Positions 1 through 8,970 of a stretch of DNA of 39,913 nt are shown here, one piece after another. This DNA comes from Cytophagales bacterium (GTDB lineage Bacteria > Bacteroidota > Bacteroidia > Cytophagales > Cyclobacteriaceae): contig JAHEMV010000002.1 in assembly GCA_024643455.1 (NCBI GenBank), positions 1 to 39,913 of the forward strand, written 5' to 3'. The notes beneath the pieces are model-generated. The model did not search any database. It was not told the DNA's origin and saw only the letters and a list, made by a program, of their open reading frames with translations. Each line of letters opens with the position of its first letter. Within the stretch, counting starts at the first letter, position 1. The position numbers and the translations under genes were made by a program.

Positions 1-2
1 CA

Positions 3-191
3 GACAAGGAAACGCGTAAATTCTCGACCGAGCAATTGCCAAATGTTTATAAAGCCATGGCCATGGTTTCAAAGCCGGGATTGTCAAAATTAATTATGAA
101 TATTTTGTTTAAATTTCAAACTCCTCCTATACCTATGAAATCATTTTCCGATGATATTCAAGCGCGCCAGTGGTTAAAACAGTATTTATAA
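3..191 (+). CDS. 3' end of a gene running off the left window edge (hypothetical protein, last 62 aa)
   Basis: Hand translation of frame 3 is open from the window edge to TAA at 189-191: ...KAMAMVSKPGLSKLIMNILFKFQTPPIPMKSFSDDIQARQWLKQYL*. It is not in the ORF track because it is short and truncated. No family recognised. Confidence 0.35.
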   Translation, partial: DKETRKFSTEQLPNVYKAMAMVSKPGLSKLIMNILFKFQTPPIPMKSFSDDIQARQWLKQYL

Positions 192-358
192 AAATGGTAG
201 GGAAATATAAATGAACATAAAATTTACTCACATTTCATTTACCTAAAACAAATATTTAATTGCCTCGTAAGGAATAGCATTGTCATTTTCCCCATTTATC
301 GATTCCTGACAATTCAGCCAATTATATTTATTTATCAAAATCATCGAACCAGTAGACT

Positions 359-2125
359 ATGAATAATAACTCCACTAAAAAGAAAAGTAAAAAGATTACC
401 AAAAACCATCTTAAGTACATTATTAAAGAAATATTGCGGCCAAGAAAAGGCTTGTTATTTATCGGGTTGATACTAATCATTATCAACCGATTGTCAGGAT
501 TGGTGCTCCCTGGTTCCAGCAAATACCTTATCGATGAAGTTATTGCCAAATCCAATTATGACTTGTTTAAATGGCTGTTAATTGCTGTAGCCGCTGCGGT
601 GATCGTTCAATCTGCTACTTCCTTTTTTCTCACACAGTTACTCAGTGTCGAAGCGCAACAACTAATCTCACTGCTTAGATCAAAAATTCAGAAACAAATC
701 ATCCGTCTTCCCATTCGATTTTTTGACAATCAAAAATCTGGTGCACTGGTTTCGCGAATTATGTCTGATGTTGAAGGAGTGCGAAACCTTGTAGGAACTG
801 GTCTGGTTCAACTTTTTGGCGGCGTATTAACTTCCATTGTTGCCTTCGTGCTTTTGATAAGGATCAGTCCGACCATGACCTTATATATTATGCTCCCACT
901 TTTGGTTTTCGGATTGATTTCATTGAAAGCCTTTGCTTTTATCAGACCAATTTTTAGAAAAAGAGGAGAAATTAACGCTGAAGTTACTGGCAGACTCACC
1001 GAATCACTTAATGGAGTAAGGGTAATCAAAGGATTTAACGCCGAAGATCAGGAAATAAAAACATTTGAAAACGGTGTTGACAGGCTTTTTAAAAATGTTA
1101 AAAAATCGTTGACTTCAACCAGCCTGGTGACAAGTGCTGCTACGCTCCTACTCGGTTTGGCTACTGTTGGAATCATGGGTGTTGGAGGAAATATGATCAT
1201 GAAAAGTCAATTGACAGTTGGAGACTTTTTTGCATTCATTCTTTACCTGGGCTTCCTAATAGCCCCAATTGTACAAATGTCAAATATCGGAAGCCAGATT
1301 ACAGAAGCTTTTGCCGGATTGGATCGTATGCAGGAAATTTTAGATTTGGAGCGAGAGGATGAAGATCCGAAACGAACAGAAAAACTGAAACAAATCAATG
1401 GAAATATTGAATTTAAACAGGTCTCTTTTTCCTATGATAAGGGAACAGAAGTTTTGCATGACATCAATTTTGTGGCCAGTCCGGGGTCGGTTACTGCCCT
1501 GGTTGGCAGCTCCGGATCAGGGAAAACCACGATTGCAGGCTTAGTAGCTTCCTTTCTAAATCCGGATAATGGAACAATAACCATCGATGGCCATGATCTT
1601 CGAAAAATAAAATTAACAAACTACCGGGCCTTTCTAGGAGTAGTGCTTCAGGATGATTTTTTATTCGAAGGAAGCATCAGAGATAATATTCTTTTCCCAA
1701 GGCCGAAAGCTTCTGAAACAGATTTAATGGATGCTGCAAAATCTGCACATGTTCTCGAATTTGCAAACCGGTTTGATGATGGCCTGGATACATTGATTGG
1801 TGAGCGTGGTGTAAAACTATCCGGGGGACAGCGACAGCGAATTGCCATCGCCAGAGCAATATTAGCCAATCCCAAAATATTAATTCTGGATGAGGCAACA
1901 TCCAATCTGGATACAGAAAGTGAAGCATACATCCAGGAAAGCCTTTCAAGGTTGATGCATGGACGCACCACATTTGTCATTGCACACCGTTTGAGTACCA
2001 TTAGAAAAGCAGATCAAATTCTCGTAATTGAAAAAGGTCAAATCGTTGAACGCGGAAATCATGAAGCCCTTTTAGAAAAGCGAGGAAGGTATTTCGATCT
2101 GTACAACTTCCAGGCAAGGATTTAA
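359..2125 (+). CDS. ABC transporter, fused permease/ATP-binding protein (MsbA/ABCB-type exporter)
   Basis: 588-aa ORF with ATG at 359. The N-terminal half is hydrophobic and multi-TM. The C-terminal NBD has Walker A GSSGSGKTT, ABC signature LSGGQRQR, Walker B ILILDEATS and H-loop IAHRLS. Confidence 0.9.
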   Translation: MNNNSTKKKSKKITKNHLKYIIKEILRPRKGLLFIGLILIIINRLSGLVLPGSSKYLIDEVIAKSNYDLFKWLLIAVAAAVIVQSATSFFLTQLLSVEAQQLISLLRSKIQKQIIRLPIRFFDNQKSGALVSRIMSDVEGVRNLVGTGLVQLFGGVLTSIVAFVLLIRISPTMTLYIMLPLLVFGLISLKAFAFIRPIFRKRGEINAEVTGRLTESLNGVRVIKGFNAEDQEIKTFENGVDRLFKNVKKSLTSTSLVTSAATLLLGLATVGIMGVGGNMIMKSQLTVGDFFAFILYLGFLIAPIVQMSNIGSQITEAFAGLDRMQEILDLEREDEDPKRTEKLKQINGNIEFKQVSFSYDKGTEVLHDINFVASPGSVTALVGSSGSGKTTIAGLVASFLNPDNGTITIDGHDLRKIKLTNYRAFLGVVLQDDFLFEGSIRDNILFPRPKASETDLMDAAKSAHVLEFANRFDDGLDTLIGERGVKLSGGQRQRIAIARAILANPKILILDEATSNLDTESEAYIQESLSRLMHGRTTFVIAHRLSTIRKADQILVIEKGQIVERGNHEALLEKRGRYFDLYNFQARI

Positions 2126-2279
2126 TCCTTCCTAACTGTGTTTATTTAATGCTTACAAAAAGAATATAAATGTCTTATATAGAGCATTTCGGTTGATAAA
2201 TCATATTTATTTTCAAATTGAGTCTTTTTGATTCTAACAAATTCTCCGTGGTGAGGTTTATTATAAAAATTTGATAAAC

Positions 2280-2774
2280 ATGAACAGTAAATTATTAACA
2301 TTGGTATTTTTAAGCTTTACATTGGTTGGAACTTCCTTTTGTCAGACCAAATCGAATGAAAACAGTTCAACTGGTGATAAAGTTTATCCTGTTTCGAAAT
2401 CTGATAGCGAATGGAAAAAAGAATTATCGCCTGAAGCTTATGAGGTTCTGCGCAAAAAGGGCACTGAATATGCCTTTTCTGGAAAATTTTATGATTTCAA
2501 AGAAAAAGGCGTTTTCATTTGTGCAGCTTGTGGCAATGAATTATTTGATTCAAAAACTAAATATAACTCTGGTTCAGGATGGCCAAGTTTCTATCAGCCA
2601 ATCAATAAAGAGTCTATAGACCTTGAAATTGACCAATCACTAGGAGAAACCAGGGAAGAAATAGTTTGCGCCAAATGCGGTGGACATCTTGGTCATGTTT
2701 TCCCAGATGGCCCAAAACCAACTGGATTAAGATATTGCGTAAATTCCATTTCTCTGGATTTTAAAGACAAATAA
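2280..2774 (+). CDS. msrB: Peptide-methionine (R)-S-oxide reductase MsrB with N-terminal export signal
   Basis: Two CxxC zinc pairs (CAAC, CAKC), a GWPSF motif and catalytic RYCVNS. Hydrophobic N-terminus [18 protein letters not shown]. The ORF track starts at TTG 2271; I prefer the in-frame ATG at 2280. Confidence 0.9.
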   Translation: MNSKLLTLVFLSFTLVGTSFCQTKSNENSSTGDKVYPVSKSDSEWKKELSPEAYEVLRKKGTEYAFSGKFYDFKEKGVFICAACGNELFDSKTKYNSGSGWPSFYQPINKESIDLEIDQSLGETREEIVCAKCGGHLGHVFPDGPKPTGLRYCVNSISLDFKDK

Positions 2775-2854
2775 TTACGCAATAACCATTTCCGTCATTT
2801 TATTGGTTGATTTTAAACATTTCAAAACCTACCTTCATTCGATAATTCAATCGA

Positions 2855-3721
2855 ATGAAAAAGTACCTTATACCCATGGTTTTATCTTGTTTCATATGCT
2901 TAAATATAGCTTGTGGACAGAAAAAAGATATTTACTTAATCGTCCGTGCTGATGATATTGGCATGGCCCACGCTGTAAATAAGGCGTGTATAAATGTATT
3001 CACCGATGGGATTGCCCGCTCAGTAGAAATAATGGCACCAACTCCATGGTTTGAAGAGGCTGTAGTTATGCTAAATGAACATCCTGAATATGATGTTGGG
3101 ATCCATCTAACCCTTACCAGTGAGTGGCAAAACCTAAAATGGCGTCCGCTTACTCATGCTCCAAGTATTACCGATGAGAATGGATATTTCCATCCATTTA
3201 TATGGAAAAATGATGTCCCTGGAGCAACATTTCTGTTCGAGAGCGACTGGAAAATTGAAGAAGTGGAGGCGGAACTAAGGGCCCAAATAGAACTCGTGAA
3301 AAGGAAACTGCCTCAATTATCTCATTATTCTGCTCACATGGGCTGCAATCAAGCTGACCCGAAGATTAACGCTTTAGTTGAGAAACTTGCCATAGAATAT
3401 GGAATTGGAATAGAGCTCGAAGATTATCACATAAAAAGCATGAAAGGATTTGGGGGAAACATGTTGACTGCTGATCAAAAAATTGACAATTTCATCAGCA
3501 ATTTGAAGGAATTAACTCCAGGACTGTGGTTGTTCGTGGATCATCCAGGTTTCGATACAGAAGAAATGCATGGGATTGGTCATATAGGCTATGAAAATGT
3601 CGGATTCGATCGTAACGGCGTAACGTTAGCCTACACGAATTTGAAAGTGAAAGAGGCAATAAAAGAATTGGGCATTAAACTAATTAGTTACAAAGACGTC
3701 CCAACTTTAATAAAACAATGA
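2855..3721 (+). CDS. ChbG/HpnK (YdjC) family carbohydrate deacetylase, predicted lipoprotein
   Basis: 288-aa ORF. The N-terminal signal ends in the lipobox-like NIAC-GQ. LIVRADDIGMAHAVN and GIHLTLTSEW resemble the metal and acid-base motifs of YdjC/ChbG proteins. Confidence 0.7.
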   Translation: MKKYLIPMVLSCFICLNIACGQKKDIYLIVRADDIGMAHAVNKACINVFTDGIARSVEIMAPTPWFEEAVVMLNEHPEYDVGIHLTLTSEWQNLKWRPLTHAPSITDENGYFHPFIWKNDVPGATFLFESDWKIEEVEAELRAQIELVKRKLPQLSHYSAHMGCNQADPKINALVEKLAIEYGIGIELEDYHIKSMKGFGGNMLTADQKIDNFISNLKELTPGLWLFVDHPGFDTEEMHGIGHIGYENVGFDRNGVTLAYTNLKVKEAIKELGIKLISYKDVPTLIKQ

Positions 3722-3783
3722 ACCTTTTTCTGTTTCGTTTTAATGGTATAATTGGTAAATTCATTTACGAAAATTTAACTAAA

Positions 3784-4176
3784 ATGAAATCACCATTTTA
3801 TCTTTGCTTACTATTCATTTTGCTTTCGAACAGCTTTCTTTTTGCTCAAGATGCTAAATATCAAAAAATTCATCCTTTTGATTTAAATAAATTTAATCTA
3901 AAAATTCAGGAACAGAATCCACCGGGGTTAGATCAACTTCTTAAGATTCTACCTGATACTGCTTTGATTAGCAGTAGAAACCAAAATGACATGCCTGTTT
4001 TGGATTCGCAAAATGGACGGATTTCTTTCATGCCAACCATGCCAATCAGAACAGATATAAATTACACCATGCCAATCAAAAAATATGATCTGAGCTACCC
4101 TTATGTACCTGAGGAGAGAATAGATAGTATTTTGAATTTCCGAAATAAGAAAAATATACCCTTAAATCCTGAATAA
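3784..4176 (+). CDS. Hypothetical secreted protein (130 aa)
   Basis: From ATG 3784 the protein begins with a classical signal peptide, MKSPFYLCLLFILLSNSFLFA-QD. An alternative ATG at 3718 overlaps the upstream TGA as ATGA, which would give translational coupling but a 22-aa non-signal extension. No family recognised. Confidence 0.5.
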   Translation: MKSPFYLCLLFILLSNSFLFAQDAKYQKIHPFDLNKFNLKIQEQNPPGLDQLLKILPDTALISSRNQNDMPVLDSQNGRISFMPTMPIRTDINYTMPIKKYDLSYPYVPEERIDSILNFRNKKNIPLNPE

Positions 4177-4325
4177 AACCTGACTAAAAACTCAATTATT
4201 CCTTTAAAAAGAATTAAAAATCTAAACCATATCTTAAATATTTTCCCCTAAGCGTAATTTTTTTCTCATAAAATCGATGTTTCTTTTTCTGAGTCCAATT
4301 ATGTAGAAACATGATTTTACCCCTA

Positions 4326-4369
4326 TTCACTTAATTTATAGTGTAATTTTCACTAATTTATTAGTGTAA
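4326..4369 (+). repeat. Tandem direct repeat, 2 x 21 nt with period 23, ending 16 nt upstream of the ATG at 4385
   Basis: TTCACTTAATTTATAGTGTAA (4326-4346) and TTCACTAATTTATTAGTGTAA (4349-4369). Identity is 17/21 ungapped, or 20/21 allowing a 1-nt shift. Each unit has TTCAC...AGTGTAA ends that are partly self-complementary. Confidence 0.7.
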
Positions 4370-4384
4370 CCATCAATCATTGAA

Positions 4385-6289
4385 ATGGGACTCAATTCCG
4401 TGTCCATCATATCGAATAGCAAAAAAAAAGAGCGTTTTGTAAAGTACTTGCTCAACGATATTAAAGCGCTTGAATTCATGATCGAAAATGATATGATTGA
4501 AAGTGGAATTCAGCGAATTGGTATAGAGCAGGAATTATGTCTTGTAGACGCGACCTGGCGCCCAGCACCAATCATTATGAAATTCCTTTCAAAAATAAAT
4601 GATCCTCACTTTACTACAGAGTTGGCCCAGTTTAATATGGAAATCAATCTCGAGCCCATGACATTTACTTCTGATTGCCTCGGCCAGCTAGAGCTCAGTC
4701 TTTCCAAATACATAAAAAAAGCAGAAAACATACTTCAACAATTCAATTCCAAATTGATTCTGACTGGTATTTTGCCTACGATCAGGAATAAGGATCTTGT
4801 CATCACTAATATGACTCCTTTGGACCGATACAAAGCAATGGCTAAAAGCTTGAGAAAGCTACGTCAAGGGATGTTTGAATTTCACATAAACGGCACAGAT
4901 GAACTAGTTACGGCCCACGATACAGTAATGTTTGAAAGCTGCAATACTTCATTTCAAATGCACTATCAGGTAAGTGCCAATGATTTTGTCGATCGGTATA
5001 ATTGGGCGCAATTGATTTCAGGACCTGTGCTTGCCGCCTCTACAAACTCACCAATTCTTCTGGGTAAAAGACTTTGGCGCGAAACAAGGATTGCGTTGTT
5101 TCAACAATCAATCGATATACGACAAACAAAAGATCATTTGCGTGAGCGAAGTTCACGTGTTTCTTTTGGGAAACGCTGGATTAATGACTCAATAGTAGAT
5201 GCCTTCAAGGAGGATATCGTCCGATATGATACCTTACTTAGCAACAATAAAAGGAGCAATTCGGTGAAATTACTTGATGATGGAATAATTCCAACTTTAG
5301 ATGCTTTGATGGTTCACAATAGCACCATTTATAAATGGAATCGACCTTGCTATGGAATATACGATGGAAAGCCACATTTAAGAATTGAAAACAGATATTT
5401 AGCTTCAGGGCCAACCATTATTGATCAGGTCGCTAATGCTGCGTTCTGGTTTGGGTTAATGTCAGCCATGCCTGAAGAATATCGAAATCTTCCTGGCAAA
5501 TTTGAATTTGATAATGCTAAATCCAATTTTCTTAAAGCTGCGAGTATTGGTCTGGAAAGTAAATTTATATGGCTAAATAATGAAAAATTAAGCGCTCAGG
5601 ATCTTATACTCAGCTTATTTTTACCAATTGCCAAGGAAGGATTACTTAAGTCCAACATCAACGAAAATGACATTACGAAATACCTTGGAATAATTGAATC
5701 CAGGGTCTCTTCCGGGAAAACCGGATCTCAGTGGATGATTGAGTCCTATAACAATCTTAGAAAAACCGGTACTCGTGACCAGGCCCTGGTCGCAACAACA
5801 GCCGCAATATATAATAGACAGCAAGAAATGAAACCGATACATCTATGGAGTCTGGCTAATATCGATGAAGCTGGAAATTTCCTGAATTACTATTTACACA
5901 TCGATCAGATTATGACAACTGATATCGTCACTGTAAAAGCAGATGATCTCATAGAGCTTGTCGCCAATATAATGGATTGGAAACAGGTGAAAGATATCCC
6001 TGTTGAAAATTCAAAAGGTGAACTTGTTGGCCTGGTCACTGCAGGTTTACTGGTAAATTATCTATGCAAAAGCGACAAAGAAAAAAAGAAAAAATCCAGA
6101 ATTAAAGATTTGATGATTACCAATCCTGTTGCGGTTTCACCTGAAACGAGTATTTCAGATGCCCTAAAAACCATGATAGAGAAAAAGACAAGCAGTCTAA
6201 TTGTGATTGAAGGTAAAAAGCTAGTTGGCATGGTCACGGATCGTCATTTTGTGAAGGTATCAGCAAAATTAATTGGTGATCTGAAATAA
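4385..6289 (+). CDS. GCS2/YbdK-like carboxylate-amine ligase fused to a C-terminal tandem CBS pair
   Basis: 634-aa ORF. The N-terminal ~480 aa carry IGIEQELCLVD, FQMHYQV and RIENRYLASGP, which resemble glutamate-cysteine ligase family 2 motifs. The C-terminus has two CBS-like repeats (IMTTDIVTV...GLVTAGLL and LMITNPVAV...GMVTDRHF) separated by a Lys-rich linker. Confidence 0.7.
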   Translation: MGLNSVSIISNSKKKERFVKYLLNDIKALEFMIENDMIESGIQRIGIEQELCLVDATWRPAPIIMKFLSKINDPHFTTELAQFNMEINLEPMTFTSDCLGQLELSLSKYIKKAENILQQFNSKLILTGILPTIRNKDLVITNMTPLDRYKAMAKSLRKLRQGMFEFHINGTDELVTAHDTVMFESCNTSFQMHYQVSANDFVDRYNWAQLISGPVLAASTNSPILLGKRLWRETRIALFQQSIDIRQTKDHLRERSSRVSFGKRWINDSIVDAFKEDIVRYDTLLSNNKRSNSVKLLDDGIIPTLDALMVHNSTIYKWNRPCYGIYDGKPHLRIENRYLASGPTIIDQVANAAFWFGLMSAMPEEYRNLPGKFEFDNAKSNFLKAASIGLESKFIWLNNEKLSAQDLILSLFLPIAKEGLLKSNINENDITKYLGIIESRVSSGKTGSQWMIESYNNLRKTGTRDQALVATTAAIYNRQQEMKPIHLWSLANIDEAGNFLNYYLHIDQIMTTDIVTVKADDLIELVANIMDWKQVKDIPVENSKGELVGLVTAGLLVNYLCKSDKEKKKKSRIKDLMITNPVAVSPETSISDALKTMIEKKTSSLIVIEGKKLVGMVTDRHFVKVSAKLIGDLK

Positions 6290-6311
6290 ATATTGATTAA
6301 ATAATTTCAAA

Positions 6312-7535
6312 GTGAAAAGTCATCCTGGCTTCGGTTTATTTACACCATTGGATTCGATCCAGAGAATTATTGGTACCCATCATGGCACCAAACCAGGGCC
6401 CAATCTTATATTTTTTGCAGGAATCCATGGAAATGAACCTTCTGGCATCTACGCCCTTCACCAAGTCCTTGATGATTTAAAACAAATGCAACCTTCTTTT
6501 AAAGGAAATATCTACGCTATTGCTGGGAACATGCAAGCACTTATTCTTGGGAAAAGATACATTTCAAAAGACCTGAACAGGATATGGTTTCCAAACTTTA
6601 TTATTCCTAAAGAAGAACGAGAAAAAGTCCCGGAATACCGAGAAAAGATTGATATTTTACGCTTACTCATTGAGATACTGGATAATGGCCGACCGACATA
6701 TATTTTTGATCTGCATACGACATCATCTCACAGTATGCCTTTTATTTCTGTAAGTGATACCCTCAAAAACAGAAAAATAATTAAAAGCATCCCAACACAT
6801 CTGGTACTTGGACTGGAAGAATTACTGGATGGTCCGATGTTTAGTTTTCTAAGCGAACTGGGGCTTCCGGCAATATTATTTGAGGCTGGACAACATGATG
6901 CTATTTCAAGTTACGAAAATCATGTGGCTTTTATTTGGACAATGCTTTCAACCTTGAAATGCGTTTCAAAAAAGAATATCTCCAATCACCATACCTTTAC
7001 AGAAACATTAAAGAAAAACAGCCCGGGTGGAGCAAAAACCTTTGAAATCAAATTTCGATATTTGATTCAGAATAAGGAGGTTTTTTCCATGAAAGAAGGA
7101 TACGTGAATTTTCAGCGTATTGAAAAAGGGGAATTACTTGCATCCAATCAAGACGGTCCAATCCTTTCCAAAAGAAGCGGCTTTATTTTTATGCCACTTT
7201 ATCAAGAGCAGGGATGTGATGGTTTTTTTATAATCAAAGAAATAAAGCCATTTTGGTTTAATTTTTCTTCCCGAACACGAAAATGGAAGCTTGACAAAAC
7301 GATCAAATTATTACCTGGAATTCAAAAAATAAACGATCGAGAAAACACTTATTTAATCGATAAAACTAAGGCTAGATATAAGGCAATATCCCTGTTGCAT
7401 TTATTGGGTTATCGCAAGGTAGAATATTATGAAAATAAGCTGAAAATGTCACGAAGACCTTATGACAACAAATCTCCTAAAACATCGGATTTACTAGAAA
7501 ACTTCAGGAATTATTTGGCTATGCTCACAAATTAA
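6312..7535 (+). CDS. Succinylglutamate desuccinylase/aspartoacylase (AstE/AspA, M14-like) family zinc hydrolase
   Basis: 407-aa ORF with a GTG start, 22 nt after the preceding stop. Contains FFAGIHGNEPSG (zinc His/Glu motif) and FDLHTTSS (second zinc His). Confidence 0.75.
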   Translation: MKSHPGFGLFTPLDSIQRIIGTHHGTKPGPNLIFFAGIHGNEPSGIYALHQVLDDLKQMQPSFKGNIYAIAGNMQALILGKRYISKDLNRIWFPNFIIPKEEREKVPEYREKIDILRLLIEILDNGRPTYIFDLHTTSSHSMPFISVSDTLKNRKIIKSIPTHLVLGLEELLDGPMFSFLSELGLPAILFEAGQHDAISSYENHVAFIWTMLSTLKCVSKKNISNHHTFTETLKKNSPGGAKTFEIKFRYLIQNKEVFSMKEGYVNFQRIEKGELLASNQDGPILSKRSGFIFMPLYQEQGCDGFFIIKEIKPFWFNFSSRTRKWKLDKTIKLLPGIQKINDRENTYLIDKTKARYKAISLLHLLGYRKVEYYENKLKMSRRPYDNKSPKTSDLLENFRNYLAMLTN

Positions 7536-7583
7536 TTTTGTAATATATACCTAGGAATAATCTTTTCGATTTTTTTAGATAAA

Positions 7584-8705
7584 CTAAATTTCCCGCCACC
7601 ACGCAGTATTTTCAGTGAATACTCCTGGACAAAATCGACGTCCGATTTGTGGAGTAATCATATTAACTTCATGGATATTTGCTGCTTTTTGTGCACGTTC
7701 AACGGGCTCTGTCCAGTTATGTAGCGATAAATTAAAAGCGCTCCAGTGAATGGGCATCATTTTCTGGCTTTTTATATCCATACTTGCCTGAATTGTTTGT
7801 TCCGGCATCATATGAATCGCTTCCCATCGCTCATTGTATTGGCCACATTCCATCATCGCAAAATTGAAGGGACCATATTTATCACCTATTTCTTTGAAGT
7901 GCGGGCCATATCCGCTATCCCCACTGAAATATATTTTCTCATGTTCACCGAGAATCATCCATGAAGCCCACTGGGTTTTGTTACGATCAGTTATCCCTCT
8001 TCCTGAAAAATGTCTGGCTGGGGCAGCAACCAGTTTTGTTTGACCAATAACAGCTGATCCCCACCAATCTAGTTCTGTGATCCGTTCCGATTCCACTCCC
8101 CATCGTTCCAGGTGCGCTCCAACACCGAGTGGAGTGTAGAAATGGTGAACTTTGTCTTTCAACCTCATGATTGATGAATAATCCAAATGATCATAATGAT
8201 CATGCGATAAAATCACAGCATCGATTTCTGGTATGGCATCCAAATCAATTGGCATGTCGTAATCAAACCGTTTGGTCATAAACGATACAGGTGAAGCAGC
8301 ATTCCCTAGCATAGGATCGATAAGGATCTTTTTCCTGTCTATCTCCAGAAATATTGCTGAATGTCCATACCAGGTTATTTTGGCTAATGAATCCGGATAT
8401 TCAACAGCAATTTCATTAAAACGAACTGGTAACGGTTTTGGCGGCACTCGCCGATCAGCATTAAATATCCATTGATACATCACTCCCATCATCTTTGGAA
8501 AATTCAAATCCATTTCGGTGGTTATTTGATTGATGAAATGATCTTCTCCGTAATTATCTGATTTGGTAATTTTCTCCAATCTAGTTCCTTCCGGAATCGC
8601 TCCAAATTGTGGTGCTGTTTTGATAAATGCCATGATACCTAATATTAGAATTGCAACAATAGAAAAAATCCAAATTGCACCTTTGATTAATATTCTTTTA
8701 AACAT
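7584..8705 (-). CDS. MBL-fold metallo-hydrolase (NAPE-PLD-like), N-terminal membrane anchor
   Basis: 373-aa ORF. N-terminal TM segment AIWIFSIVAILILGIMAFI. Metallo-beta-lactamase motif ILSHDHYDHLD, with later His/Asp ligands. Confidence 0.8.
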   Translation of the reverse strand: MFKRILIKGAIWIFSIVAILILGIMAFIKTAPQFGAIPEGTRLEKITKSDNYGEDHFINQITTEMDLNFPKMMGVMYQWIFNADRRVPPKPLPVRFNEIAVEYPDSLAKITWYGHSAIFLEIDRKKILIDPMLGNAASPVSFMTKRFDYDMPIDLDAIPEIDAVILSHDHYDHLDYSSIMRLKDKVHHFYTPLGVGAHLERWGVESERITELDWWGSAVIGQTKLVAAPARHFSGRGITDRNKTQWASWMILGEHEKIYFSGDSGYGPHFKEIGDKYGPFNFAMMECGQYNERWEAIHMMPEQTIQASMDIKSQKMMPIHWSAFNLSLHNWTEPVERAQKAANIHEVNMITPQIGRRFCPGVFTENTAWWREI

Positions 8706-8970
8706 AAAAAAATGTACTGATTACAAAAGAAATGACTTTCAACGTTTTATCTAAACTATTTTCATATGTAGAATCTAATAAAGTATAAATTGTTTGAAAA
8801 TTTATTTCAAGCCTATTACAGATTATTCTGCTTTATTAAGTTTATATAATTTTTTATACTTTATTTTTGCAGTTTAGCGCTATTATATATTACATTTGGT
8901 TCAATATAAAATATAATATTTTTTTATTATATCGATTGCATCACTTTAACATTTTGAACTATTGCACAAT

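Noticed and set aside
328-555. 75-aa minus-strand ORF overlapping the start of the ABC exporter.
   Set aside because: It is antisense to a well-supported gene, and its product is low-complexity with no motifs. It is a typical shadow ORF.
1648-2001. Two minus-strand ORFs (117 and 98 aa) inside the ABC nucleotide-binding domain.
   Set aside because: They are antisense to the most conserved part of a confident gene, and their composition is Cys/Arg/Ser-rich and non-protein-like.
6078-6094. A-rich run (AAAGAAAAAAAGAAAAAA) inside the ligase-CBS gene, considered as a possible slippery or frameshift site.
   Set aside because: The reading frame continues uninterrupted through it and encodes a Lys-rich linker (KEKKKKS) between the two CBS repeats. 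There is no evidence of a frameshift.
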